Source of the DNA: Hypanus sabinus
Taxonomy: Eukaryota
Direction of reading: 5' to 3'
Assembly (NCBI RefSeq): GCF_030144855.1
Contig: NC_082714.1
Coordinates: forward strand, 76,198,001 to 76,262,000
Length of the DNA: 64,000 nucleotides
Made by a program: the position numbers and the translations under genes. Position 1 is the stretch's first letter, and each line of letters opens with the position of its first letter. Of the stretch, positions 51,636-64,000 are shown piece by piece. Under the pieces are notes generated by a model. It was given only the letters and a program-made list of their open reading frames with translations. It did not search any database and was not told the DNA's origin.

Positions 51636-51763
51636 AAGGGACCAGCTCTGCTGAAAATCCCAGATGCGAGGTGCAGAGTGAGATGTACTGTCTGGTTTTC
51701 TAGTTTTCTATTAAGGCGATGGTCATTTAAACATTAATATATGTATGTTAATATATGTGTAGT

Positions 51764-51793
51764 AATAAAATTTTGTGTAGCAAATGGAATAAA
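51764..51793 (+). terminator. Probable RAB25 polyadenylation signals
   Basis: AATAAA at 51764 and 51788 in an AT-rich context with a downstream GT/T-rich element; I saw none between the stop codon and here. Confidence 0.65.
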
Positions 51794-51989
51794 AACAATT
51801 TCTTCTAATTAAAAAATGTGATTTTTTTTGTATCAAGGGATCTGAACACGCCTGCCTTGAACTTGACGTGAGCAAGTGTCAGAGTCATACAGCATGGCCC
51901 TTCGACTCAACTGCTTTATGCTGGCCAACATTCCCATCTAAGCTGGTCATTTGACTCATATCTCCCTGACCTTTTGCATTGCTCCCTGT

Positions 51990-52630
51990 TACTGTTGATG
52001 GTGAAGAGGTTGATGTGGTGAGGACCTACCAGTACTGGGGGTGCACTGGGATGACAGACTTGAGTGAGGCACCAACACAAAGGCTGTGTACAAGAAGGGT
52101 TAGGGTCACCTCTACTTCCTGAGGAGACTGAGGTCCTTTGGAGTATGCAGGCCTCTCCTTCACATGTTCTACCAGTCTGTTGTTGGCAGTACAATCTTCC
52201 ATGCTGTGGTGTGCTGGGGCAATGGCATCAACACCAACAATAAACATTAGAAAGGCTGGCTCTGTTATAGGAGTCAAACTGCACACACTGGAGGCCATGT
52301 TAGATCAAAAGACCCTAAGGACACACTGCCAATTCTGGATGATGTTTTGCACCCTCTGCATTCTACCTTGGCTGAATGGAGGAGCAATCTTAGTTATAGA
52401 CTAAGACAATAGCACTGCTCCAAAAAGTGCTATATGAAGTCATTCTTGCCCTTAGCCATTAGGCTTTATAATGAGTCAACCTATATCCAATGATGACCTC
52501 CTTCTGGTAGACTGTTTGTGGTAACTTATTTTTTTCTTCTTTCTACTTCTAATATTTATGTCTGTGCACTTGTAATGCTACTGAGACTGTAACCTCCTTT
52601 GGGATCAATGTAGTATCTACCTATCTATGT
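51990..52630 (+). mobile_element. Rex/Babar-like LINE 3' fragment
   Basis: Remnants of Y.YLG..LDDRL, VYKKG..LYFLRRLRSFG, MFYQSV; 3' end GGGATCAAT..TATCTACCTATCT. Confidence 0.7.
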
Positions 52631-55309
52631 GAAACACTGACCCTTTAAGATCTTGGGATCAATAACATGTCCATCCCAGTCCATCCCGACCTTTTGCTTT
52701 TAACCTCGATTTCATTCTCTTGGGAATACCTCCAGCAGTGTGAAATGGATCAGTTAAAAGCTGTGTGTGCCCGAGGGTCAAACTGCTGACTGCCAGTGTG
52801 TCTTGCTGTTGTCTGTGCTGAGTGTGTCTACCCCACTCTGAGCTCATGAATTAGAGGGACTCTTTAGTTTGTTCTCAAGTCCTGCAGCACAGGAACAGGC
52901 TCTTTGGCTCACTATATCCATTCTGACCCTCCAGTATCCATCTTCAATAATTCCAATCCCCAGCACTAAGTCAATTTCCTTCTCTGCCTCAAGTGCTTGT
53001 TCAGATACTTTACTATTGTCAGAGTCTCTGCCTCCACCACCAACTCAGACATTGCGCCCCAGATACCAACTCCAAAGTTCTTTGCATCCACTCTTGACAT
53101 TGTTCTCCTTCCCCAGATTTCTGTTGGCCTCAGACACCTTAGCTTTGGGGAGGCGTTTTACACTTTGCTGACCATCTCTACTCCTCATAACTCTGTTCAC
53201 ATCCATTGCACCCTCTCCAGTGCAGTCACCTCCGTCCGAGAGCCTGTGACCAGAATTCCACACAGTGCTCCAGATGTGGCCTGCCCAATGGTTTCTAAAG
53301 TTGGACCATAACCTCCCTGCTCTTGTATCTTGTGGCTAATGCAGGCAAGTTTCCCGAACACCTTTCTTACCCCCTGATCTGTGCTGCCACCTTCAGGGAT
53401 CCTTCGACCTGTACACCGAGGCAACTCTGTCCCTCAGTACCTACCGTTCTCAGTGTATCCTACCCTTGTACACCAAGGTCCCTCTGTCCCTCAGTACTCC
53501 CTACCATCACAGTGTGTGTCCAAGATGTGTTACAAAAAAATTTCTCTTAGTAATAATGATCAGAGAGGCACAGAGATAATCTGCATTTACCGACAAGTTC
53601 CTTTATTGTCTCAACTGAATTTACATGAATTTCCACAACTGAATATCTGTGTTCACATCCAATTTTTCCTGACCCTCTGTGAACAGTTAACAAATACAAA
53701 AAGTAAAGGAGTCTATGCTGGCCATGTGTTCCTCATTGTTCCTATCTAATCTCCACATGTCCTTGGTTATTCCCCATCTGTGATGGTTGGTCTCTGGAAA
53801 GTTGTCACTCTTTTGAAGCATTTGAAGCTCTTGGTGTTCCTCATCAGTTCAAATGATATATTTCCATCCCGTAGGCTCAAGGTCACCTGGGTTAGGTTGC
53901 TCAGTACTCCTCAAGGCCCAGTAACTGTGCATGTCTGGTTGTTATGAAAATCCATAATTGCATCACCTCACATTCATCAGTATTAAACTGCATCTGCCGT
54001 CGCTCTGCCCAATACTTTCCTGTCAACACAAGCATCTGTAGAATTGGGAAAACAGATAGTATGGAACCTTCTTCAATCCACAGGATGACAAAAGACTGCA
54101 GAAGGTTGAAGCCTGTTACTCGGGCAGAACCCTCACTGCCATCTAACGGTAGTGACTCAAGAAAGTGCCACCCATCACTCCAGTCCCTCAGCATCCACAA
54201 GACACCATCATTACTACCAGCAAGGAGGAGGTGCAAGAGGCTGAAGACCCAAACTCAATATTTCAGATTTCTGGACAGCCCATGAACTCAAATTCTCTCT
54301 TCCTCATTTTGCACTACTTATTTTTGTGACTTGTACCTGTGATGTTGTGGCTGAGTAAAACTGAGCCATATAGAAGCTGTAACCAGGAAATATGGAAGTC
54401 TTTATTCACATTCCAGTCCTTTAGGAGAGAGAAAGGCCAAGAGAGTTTCACTTTCCTGACAGGTTTTATACTTTATAAACAACGATAACAATGAACTAGT
54501 TTCACTGTCTGTAATTGCCTGTTGAACTTTAACATTTTGAATATAGTCAACAGCAGATTTCATTGGCTCTGCGCTCAATTCTGGAACATCTGAATAGCAA
54601 AGATACATACATCAAGATGGTCTTCATTAAGTCCTGGGTCTCATTACCTCCTTGAGCAACTGGATCCTTAGTTTCCTCACTTGCAGACCCCAGTTTGGAT
54701 TGGCAGCAACATCTCCTCCACAGCCTCCCTTAGCGTAGAAGCACCACGAGGCTGTGCGTTTAGCCTCCTGCTCTACTTGCTTTACGCTTGTGACTGAAGT
54801 TGAACCAGTCGGTGTGGGTCCTGCGGCTCCTGCAGCACTTTATTGGTGGCAGCAGTGAGAAGAGAACATGGTCTGGATTTTGGGTGGATATTGCTTTCCA
54901 GTGCCTGCATTCCATGTAGATGTGCTCATTGGAGGGGAGGGCTTTACCCACAGACTGGGTTGTATCCATTACTTTGGTAGAATTTTCTGTACAATCTTAG
55001 CAAATTTCTAAGAAAATAAAGGTGCTGCCATGCTTTCTTTGTAATGGACTGATCTTCTGAAATGTTAACACTGAGGAATTTAAAATTGCTGACCCTCTCA
55101 CCTCTGATACCCCAATGAGGATGGGCTCATCGACCTCTTGTGTCCACCTCCATGAATTAAAAAAATAATCTCCTTGGTCTTGCTGACATTGAGTGAGAGG
55201 TTGTTGTTGTGGCACCACTCAGCCAGATTTTCAATCTCCCTCCTCTATGCCGATTCGTCACCACCCTTGATTTGGTCAATGACAGTGATGTCATCAGCAA
55301 GCTTAAAAT

Positions 55310-57175
55310 ACCTATGATCAGAAGTATAACACGAGCAAAGGGAAGTTAGAAGATTGGGAAACTTACCAAAACCACCAGCAGACAACTAAAAATGCCATGG
55401 TGAGAGAAAAGATGAAACCTGAAGGGAAGCTAGCCAACAATATGAGAGCATATCAAATACATAAAGAGTGGATATCTGACCTCTGGAAAATGACATTTTA
55501 GACAGAGTATTAGAGGATAAAGAAAAGGTGGAGGAACTTAATAACTATTTGAAACTGCCTGTAAGCAAACAAATTTCAAGATTGTATAATTTATGAATTT
55601 TGATGATAAATGCACTTTGAACTATTTTGCATCAGTCTTCGCTATGTGGTATGCCAGAAATTCAAGAGTGTCAGGAGGCAGAAGTGAGTGTTATTGCTAT
55701 TACTAAGGAGAAGGTGCTTGGGAAGGTGAAAGGTCTGAAGGTAGATAAGTCACCTGGACCAGTTAGACCACATTCAAGGGTTCTGAAAGAGGTAGCTGAA
55801 GAGATTGTGGAGATAATAGTAATGATAATTCAAGAATCACTAGACTTTGAGTTTTTTTAAACTTTTAAATGTTTTAATTTAGTTTTTTTTTAACTTTTTA
55901 GGTTCTAGAGGACTGGCAAACTGCAAATGTCACTCCACTCTTAAGAAGTGGGGGATTGGGGGGACAGAAGAAAGGAAATTATAGGTCAGTTAGCCTGACT
56001 TCAGCATTCAGAAAGATGTTGGAGTTGGTTAGTGAGGATGAGGTTTCCGGGTATTTGGAGGCACGTGATAAAATAGGCCAAAGTCAGCATAGTTTCTTTA
56101 AAGAGTAATCTTGTCTATTGGAACTGTTTGGGGAACCAACAAGCCAGATAGGTGAAAGGGAGTGATTGGATGTTGTTTATTTGGATTTTCAGAAGGCTTT
56201 TGACAATGTGCCACACATGAGGCTGCTTAACAGGATGAGAGCCCATGGTATTATAGGAAAGATAGCAGTACGGTTAGAAGATTCGTTTATTGGCAGGAGT
56301 CAAAGAGAGAGAATAAAGAGGGCATTTTTTGGTCAGCTGCAGTGACCAGTGGTGTTCATTATACATTATATGCCAATGACTTGGATGGTGGCTTTGTGGC
56401 CATGCTGGCTAGCTGGAGGGGCAATTAGTGTTGAGGACTCGGGGAGTCTGCAGATAGACATAGATTGGGAGAAGGGTCAGATGGAATATACTGTCAGGAA
56501 GGGTATGGTCGTGCACTTTTAGAAGGATTAGAAGCAGAGACTATTTTCTAATCGGAGAAAATTCAAAAATCAAAGGTGCACAGGAACTTGGGAGTCCTCG
56601 TGCAAGATTCCCTATAGGTTACTTAGATTAAGATTTAGATTAGTAAGGAAGGCAAATGCAGTGTTAGCAGCCCTCTTGAGAGGAAGAGAATGTAAGAGCA
56701 AGGATGTAATGCTGTGGTGTAATAAGGCAAAGGTCAGAATGCACTTGAGTATTGTGAGCAGTTTTGGGCCCCTCATCTAAGAAAGGATGTGCTGGCATTG
56801 GAGAGGGTCCAGAGGAGGTTCATGAGTTTGGCTAGCTTTGTTTGGCCAAATGGCCTTGTCAAAAAAAAAATTAACGTTCTAATGAGAATGTTTCTGGGAA
56901 TGAAAGAGTTAAAGTATAAGGTGCATTTCATGACTCTGGGCCTGTACTTAAGGGAGTTTAGAAGAATGAAGGGCTCTTGTTGAAACCTATTAAATATCGA
57001 AAGGTCTGGATGTAGGGAGGATGTCTCCTGTAGTGGCTGAGTCTAGGACCAAATGTTATGGAGAGAAGGCAGGAGAATGGGGTTGAGAGGAATAATAAAT
57101 CAACCATGATGAAATGGCAGACCAGACTCGATGGGCCAAATGGTCTAATTCTGCTCCTATGTCTTGTGGTCTCAT
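55310..57175 (+). mobile_element. Decayed CR1-like LINE inserted into a minus-strand Rex1-like fragment
   Basis: LKVDKSPGP..RVLKEVAEEIVE; LALERVQRRF. Rex1-like sequence lies on both sides (54985-55305 and 57176-57226). Confidence 0.8.
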
Positions 57176-57226
57176 GGAGTAGAGCAGGGAGCTAAGCACA
57201 AAGCCTTGTGGTGCATCTGTGCTGAG

Positions 57227-57403
57227 NNNNNNNNNNNNNNNNNNNNNNNNNNNNNNNNNNNNNNNNNNNNNNNNNNNNNNNNNNNNNNNNNNNNNNNNNN
57301 NNNNNNNNNNNNNNNNNNNNNNNNNNNNNNNNNNNNNNNNNNNNNNNNNNNNNNNNNNNNNNNNNNNNNNNNNNNNNNNNNNNNNNNNNNNNNNNNNNNN
57401 NNN
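57227..57403. other. Assembly gap (177 N)
   Basis: Run of N. Confidence 1.
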
Positions 57404-58654
57404 CATCTCCAATGCCATCTACAAATTCACTGACAACAGCTCTGTTGCTGGATGAACCACAAGGTGGTGATGAGTCAGGTGACCAGAGTGAGATAGGGCA
57501 CTTGATTCATTGGTGAGGCAACTCTGGCTCGAGTTTGTCGTTAGTAAAACTAAGAGCTGACTTCAGCAAGGGGGAGGGAAAGCGTGCAATAGCCTACGTT
57601 GCTGCTTTAAATTGCTGGGTGTTAAGATATTGGATGACCTGTTCTGGGCACATGGATGCAACCACATGGAAGGCACACCAGCATATTTACCTTCTGAGGA
57701 GGTTAAGGAGATTCAGCTTGTTTCTGTCCACTCTAACAAACCTACAAGTGTACTAGTATCCTGACTGGTTCCATCCTACAGCAACTCGAATGCATAAGAA
57801 GCTGCAGACAGTAGAGGATTCTACCCAATACACCACGGGCTCTCCACTATTGGTTGTATCTACATCAATGATCAAGATCCTCACCATCCAGGCCAGGTCA
57901 TCTTCTTGCAGATCCCATCAGGCAGAAGCTGTAACTTCCTTCCCTTCGACCATGCGGTCGTTGGGCCAGCCAGCCAGCACAACCACAACACTGACTCAGT
58001 GTGGCAACACCACGCGCACTGCAACGGAGACACATCTCTTTTGTTCTACGGGTTCCTCTTTGCATAATTTTGCGTAGCTGATGTTGTTTATAGTTTTCCT
58101 GTGATGTTGCATATCTGATCCTGTGCACCTTTGATTCTACTGCAATACACTTTAAAATCAGAATCAGGTTTATTATGTGTCATGAAATTTGTTAACTTAG
58201 CAATGCAATACATAATATAGAAAAAGCAAACTAAAAGGTGCTTGGAAGTAGGTACAGAGGAGATGTCAGGAGTGGTGAGAGTGTGGAATGGGCTACTGGC
58301 AATGCTGGTGGAGGTGGAAACGATAGGGTCTTTTAAGAAACTCCTGGATGGATTCACGGAGCTTAGAAAAATAGAGGGCTGTGGGTAAGCCTAGGTAGGG
58401 ACATGTTCGGCACAGCTTTGTGGGCCGAGGGGCCTGCATTGTGCTGTAGGGTTTCTATGTTTCTAAAAATAAATAAATAAATAAACAAATAAATCGATTT
58501 CAGTATGTGTATTGAATAGATTAAAAATTGTGCAAGAATGAAATAATATATGTTAAAAATGAGGTAGTGTCAATGGGTTCAATGTCCGTTTAGCAATCAG
58601 ATGGCAGAGGGGATGAAGCTGTTCCTGAATCACTGAGTGTACCTTTAGGCTTCA

Positions 58655-59895
58655 CCTCAATAATAAGCAAACGCTTCGAGAGGCTGTTCAGAGAGCATGC
58701 TACAATCCAAACTGGACCCCCTATCGACACAACCGATTGACAGTTGACGCCATAGCCCCAGCTCTACACATCTGGAGAAGAAGGTTGCTTACGTGAGAAT
58801 GCTGTTCTTGGACTACAGTTCAGTATTCAACACCATAATTCCCTCCAGGCTCGACAAGAAACTCAGAGACCTCGGCCTTCACCCTGCCTTGTGCAACTTC
58901 CTGTCAGATTGCCAGCAGCTGGTAAGTGGGCTCCCTCACTTCCAACCCTCTGACCCTCAACTCAGGAGCCCCTCAGGGCTGTGTACTAAACCCCTTCCTT
59001 TACTCTCTGTATACCGATGACTGTGTGGCCACCCACAGCTCCAATCTGCTAATTAAATTTAATGATGACACTACATTGATTGGCCTAATCTCAAGCAATA
59101 ACGAGGTGGCCTACAGGGAAGAAGTCATCTCTCTGACACAGTGGTGTCCAGAAAACAACCTCTCCCTCAATGTCGCAAAAACAAAAGAGCTGGTTCTGGA
59201 TTAGAGGAGGAATGGAGACAGGCTAACCCCTATTGATATCAATGGATCTGGGGTTGAGAGGGTAAACAGCTTCAAATTCCTCAGCATCCACATCACCAAT
59301 GACACCATGTGGTCTGTACACACCAGCTGTGTGGTGAAAATGGCACAACAGCACCTCTTTCACCTCAGACATTTGAGGAAGTTTGGTATGGGCCCCCAAA
59401 TCCTAAAAACTTTCTACAGGGGCACAATTGAGAGCATCCTGACCGGCTGCATCACTGCCTGGTATGGGAATTGTACCTCCCTCAATCGCAGGACTCTGCA
59501 GAGAGTGGTCGCACAGCCCAGCGCATCTGGAGATGTGAACTTCTCATGATTCAGGACATTTACAAGGACAGGTGTGTAAAAAGGGCCTGTAGCATAATTG
59601 GGGACCTGAGTCACCCCAACTACAGTCTATTCCAGCTGCTAACATCCAGGAAACGGTGCTGCAGCATAATGGCCAGGCTTAATAGGCTCCGGGACAGCTT
59701 CTTCCACCAGGCCATCAGACTGATTAATTCATGCTGATACAATTGTATTTCTATGTTATATTGACAGTCCTGTTGTACATATTATTTATTATAAATTACT
59801 ATAAATTGCACATTGCACATTTAGACGGAGACATAATGTAAAGATCTTTACTCCTCATGTATATGAAGGATGTAAGAAATAAAATCGATACAATT
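58655..59895 (+). mobile_element. Rex1/Babar-like LINE, RT to 3' tail, frameshifted
   Basis: [62 protein letters not shown]; AATAAA plus CAATT tail. Confidence 0.92.
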
Positions 59896-61014
59896 CAATT
59901 CTCCTACCTGATGGTAACAGTGAGAAAAGGGCATGCCCTGGTTGCTGGGGGTCCTTAATAATGGACGCTGTTTTTCTGAGACACCACTCCCTGAAGATGT
60001 CCTGGGTACTTTGTAGGCCAGTACCCAAGAAGGAGCCGAGTAAACCTTCAACCCTTAGCAGCTTCTTCTGGTCCTGTGCAGTAGCCCTCCCCCCCCCCCC
60101 CCCCCCCACCAATACCACACGGTGATGCAGCCTCTCAGAATGCTCTCCACACTACAGCTTTGAGTGTGTTTGTTATTACGTACAATTAATCCATATATAT
60201 AAGCTAGCTTATGGATTTATATTGTGCTTTTTACATTATTATTTGTTCTTTACCTCACTGCGTTGAAATGGAAGGGGGCAGAGGCCACAATAAGGTGTGG
60301 GTGGGATGAGGGGAAGTAGTACAAGCTGGCAGGTGACAGGTGAGACCAGGTAAGGGGGAAGGGGGATGAAGTGTGAAGCTGAAAGGAATGCTTTCTGGGC
60401 CATGCTACCTTCTCACAGCTCCCATCAGGCAGGAGGTACAGAAGCCTAAAGTTTTGTGCACTTTACACAGTCCTGTGTAGGTCTGTAGTTTAGTGTAGCT
60501 TTCTCTGTGTTGTTTTTTATGTAGTTCAGTCTAGTTTTTGTACTGTGTCATGTAACACCATGGTCCTGAAAAACGTTGTCTCATTTTTACTATGTACTGT
60601 ACCAGCAGATATGGTTGAAATGACAATAAAAGTCACTTGACTTGACTTGACCCACACTACCAGGTTCAGGAACAGCGACCTCCCTTCAATCATTTGGTTC
60701 CTGAACCGACCGGTACAACCCCAATCACTACCTCAGTATATGCACTTTGTTTTTGTTCTAGTCCTGTTCTTTCTTGTAAAGATTGCGTATGATTTATGTT
60801 TAATTTATAGTTTTCTTATGAATGTTGTGTATTTGACACACTTTGCTTGTGATGGTGCTGCAAATAAGTTTTTCATTGCAATACACACACACCAAATGCT
60901 GGAGGGACTCAGTGGGTCAGGCAGTACCTATGGAAGGAGGTGGACAGTTGATATTTTGGGTCAGGACACTATGAGGATCCAGGTGAGGGGTTTATAGGAA
61001 AATGGGGTGGGGGG

Positions 61015-61550
61015 GCAGTGACAGAGGCTGGGAGGTGATTAGTGGAACTAGGTGGGAGGGGAATGGGGGGGGAACAGTGACAGGCTGGGAGGTGATTGGT
61101 GGAATATTGGGAGGGGGATGGGGGGAACAGTGACAGGCTGGGAGGTGATTGGTGGAACCAGGTGGGAGGGAGATGGGGGGACAGTGACAGGCTGGGAGGT
61201 GATTGGTGGAACAGGTGGGGGGGGGAATGAGGGAACAGTGACAGGCTGGGAGGTGATTGGGGGAACAGTGACAGGCTGGGAGGTGATTGGTGGAACAGGT
61301 GGGAGGGGGATGGGGGAACAGTGACAGGCTGGGAGGTGATTGGTGGAACAGGTGGGGGGATGGGGGAACAGTGACAGGCTGGGAGGTGATTGGTGGAACA
61401 GGTGGGGGGATGGGGGAACAGTGACAGGCTGGGAGGTGATTGGTGGAACAGGTGGGGGGATGGGGGAACAGTGACAGGCTGGGAGGTGATTGGGGAAACA
61501 GGTGGGAGGGGGATGGGGAACAGTGACAGGCTGGGAGATGATTGGTGGAA
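61015..61550 (+). repeat. ~50-bp G-rich minisatellite amplified inside a Penelope-like terminal repeat
   Basis: Unit ACAGTGACAGGCTGGGAGGTGATTGGTGGAACAGGTGGGGGGATGGGGGA (period 50, 61318 to 61368); flanked by ACACAC..AATGCTGG element ends at ~60885 and ~61635. Confidence 0.9.
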
Positions 61551-62039
61551 GTGATGAAGGACTGAAGATGGTGAAATCTGACAGGAAGGGAAGGAAAACA
61601 CGAGGAAATCTGCAGATGCTGGAAATACAAGCAACACACACAAAATGCTGGTGGAACACAGCAGGCCAGGCAGCATCTATGGGAGGAGGTGGTGACGAGG
61701 GAGTTATTCAGCCTGGTTTGTCCAGCATTTAATGTGTAAGTGTAACTTCTCTCCTTTCATACCCATCTCCCAGTTGAGTTCTGTTCCTTAACCTAACGGT
61801 GTTGCCACAATAATTGAACAGACCTTTTAGTAATGGCTTTCACTTCGGTCTTATGCCAAGGCGCCACCACATTTATATCCTTAATTTTAAGTGATTGTTT
61901 GGCAGGAATGTCTGTCACCGCATCTTCCTTCCACCCCAGCGTGGGCAGGAACCCCTGTGAAATTTATAAGCAGGCCGGACCCTGCAGCCTCAACAGATGT
62001 TTTCCAATCTCAAGAAGACTGGCCTACAATTTCAAGTAG

Positions 62040-62987
62040 CTGTTTTAATTGGGAACCAATCAAAGCACTGAAGTACGTCATCAGGAGGCGCTTTCCAAGG
62101 TTAAAATGATAGCAACCATCTCAGACACCAATACTGATACTTTGATCATCTTATTAGTCACCTGAAACTTGAGAATATAAAGAGAAACACTTGAAAGACC
62201 CGTCACGGGACCTTTTCAAACACCGTGTAGATATGCAAGAATCTGCCTTGTTGCGCTTCCGGTGCCACTGAGGAACGCTCACTCCTCACCGTGACCTTTT
62301 CCCGCAGAACCAACTCAGCCACAGCGGAGAGCCGTGGGTGATTGATAGAAAGGGAACACAGTCCACATTAAACTATGCTTATTCATTTGTAATCCATCCC
62401 AAACTGGAGACTTCACCAATTCCGTCCTCCCAATTGATGACCAATTTTATAACCGGCCTCTGACTTTCAGAGTGTCTGACTACCTACGCACTTCTGTCAG
62501 TATCTTGTCCCGGGATTTGTCTGTTCTGGATTTGGTCTGTCCAAGGACTGAGTCCGGAACTGGTTGATCTCTTGCCTGCTTGTTTCCCGGATTGTACTGA
62601 GGCATTTTGTCCCGGGAAGGTTTAGACTCCAAATTTGGCACACGCCGGATTGGTTAGTCTGAGACGTTCTGTCGCGGGATTGGTCAATCAGTCCCGGGAC
62701 CTCCCTCTGCACCCCCCCCCCCCCAGCTCAGGAGCACCTTCCCAACTAGTTTCGCCACCTGGTTGGGTCACGTGCCCCGGCTCCATGTCCTGGGGGGGTT
62801 TCACACCGGTTGGTCCGCTAGGCGTGTCTGAAGTGGCCGGGGCAGATTCCATATCTCGGATTGTTCACTCCGAGATGCCCGACTTCCATTGGTCGTTCGA
62901 TCCAGGTCTCCGCTCATTGGTAGAGTGGAGCAGCGAGGAGAGGAGAAATTGGAGCGGAGCCTGACGGGGTGAGTCTGAGTGGCGACG
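62040..62987 (+). promoter_or_regulatory. Promoter and 5' UTR of the RAB11-like gene
   Basis: CpG-rich; several CCAAT/ATTGG boxes, ETS site GCGCTTCCGGT at ~62253 and E-box CACGTG at ~62769. Confidence 0.65.
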
Positions 62988-63027
62988 ATGGGAGGCAAGG
63001 AGGACGAGTATGACTACCTGTTTAAGG
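62988..63027 (+). CDS. Rab11-family GTPase (RAB11-like), exon 1 (40 nt); the rest lies right of the window
   Basis: MGGKEDEYDYLFK (RAB11A/B: MGTRDDEYDYLFK); good Kozak context ACGATGG; donor AAGG|GTGAGT, phase 1. Confidence 0.9.
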
Positions 63028-64000
63028 GTGAGTCTGTGCTCACCTGCCTATTATCAATGTCGGGATAGGGTCCCTCCCTCATCCACCGGGATAGATGCCC
63101 GCCCCAGCCATGACCAGCTTTAAGGGTAAATCACAATTCCCTCCCCGTGAGCATCTGTTCACGAGTGAGTCCCAGGACCACCTCCACCCAGACACAGGTA
63201 TCCATCCTCTCGGCCATCACCCTCTTCGTGACTCCTGTTCAAGGGCGAGGAGTGGGAAGGCTGTCCCCTTTCCCGTTCGTTACCTGTTTAAGGATGAATC
63301 GGCCCGGTATGTCCCTACCTCCTGGCCCCACCCCAGGAGCAACGTACCGTCCCCCTCCTCTCCTTACTCCCACCCCGACCCCCTCTCCCAGTCACTAACT
63401 GTTCAAGGATGAGTCCGCTCGGTTTGTCCCTACCTCTTTCACCCCCCCCCCCCCCGGTTTGTTCCTATATGCTTACACCCATCTCCCGGGAAAACGTCCT
63501 GTCCCCTCACTGTTCTTAACTCTATCTCCCTCTCTCTACTCTACCCCACCATCTCTTCCCTCAGGGTTTACGGGTAAGTTTTCCCGGTCCGTCCTTACCG
63601 GTGTGTGTGTGTACACAACGACCGTAGGGTCCGAACCTCTGCCTCACTCTTCTCTTTATAGAGCTTTAGTGCGCTATAAAACAGCGAGACCCGCCCACCC
63701 CACGCTTTGCTGGTCACGGAGCCTCCGGTTGGGGAGATGGTGTAAGCGTGCGGCTGACTTTCGGGCCGTCTGCCGTACCAAGTGTGTGTTGCTCCGGCCT
63801 AACGTGTGCTGCCGTCTCCACATCCAGGATTCTCCTGCAGAGGGACTACACACCCGCTCTTCGTCTGACTTTGGCTCCCGTCGCGCCTCACCTTTCCAAG
63901 CTCCTGTCCAAGTGCCTTTAAATGTTATCATTACTACATTATCTTTCTCCCCTCCACTTACTCTGGCAATTGGATCCATGCATCCATCACCCAGTGTATG

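Noticed and set aside
57176-57480. Strand switch of Rex1-like sequence across the N gap, read as a biological inversion
   Set aside because: Cannot be separated from a scaffolding join or two independent insertions.

Overview
Vertebrate genomic DNA, intron-rich and repeat-dense. The repeat set (CR1-like LINEs, Rex1/Babar-like LINEs, Penelope-like elements, V-SINE-like SINEs, GC-rich minisatellites) suggests a cartilaginous fish, probably a ray or skate; this is inference. Four genes can be read by hand: MEX3A coding exon 1 (minus strand; exon 2 lies left of the window), complete LAMTOR2 (4 exons, 125 aa), complete RAB25 (5 exons, 214 aa), and exon 1 of a RAB11-like gene in tandem after RAB25. 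Each gene start has a CpG-rich or motif-rich promoter. Most long ORFs in the supplied track are read-throughs of minisatellites or decayed retroelements. Most notable observations: (i) the LAMTOR2 exon-1 splice donor amplified into ~50 hairpin-embedded decoy donors, with an older similar event at the RAB11-like gene; (ii) Penelope-type minimal hammerhead ribozymes, one inside a TSD-flanked foldback insertion; (iii) a 215-nt perfectly identical patch shared by two otherwise diverged, inverted Rex1-like copies 39 kb apart; (iv) a RAB25/RAB11-like tandem pair; (v) an orphan CpG island with splice signals between MEX3A and LAMTOR2. I see no convincing wholly new multi-gene system. There is a 177-N assembly gap at 57227-57403. 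Repeat boundaries are approximate; exon boundaries were counted by hand.
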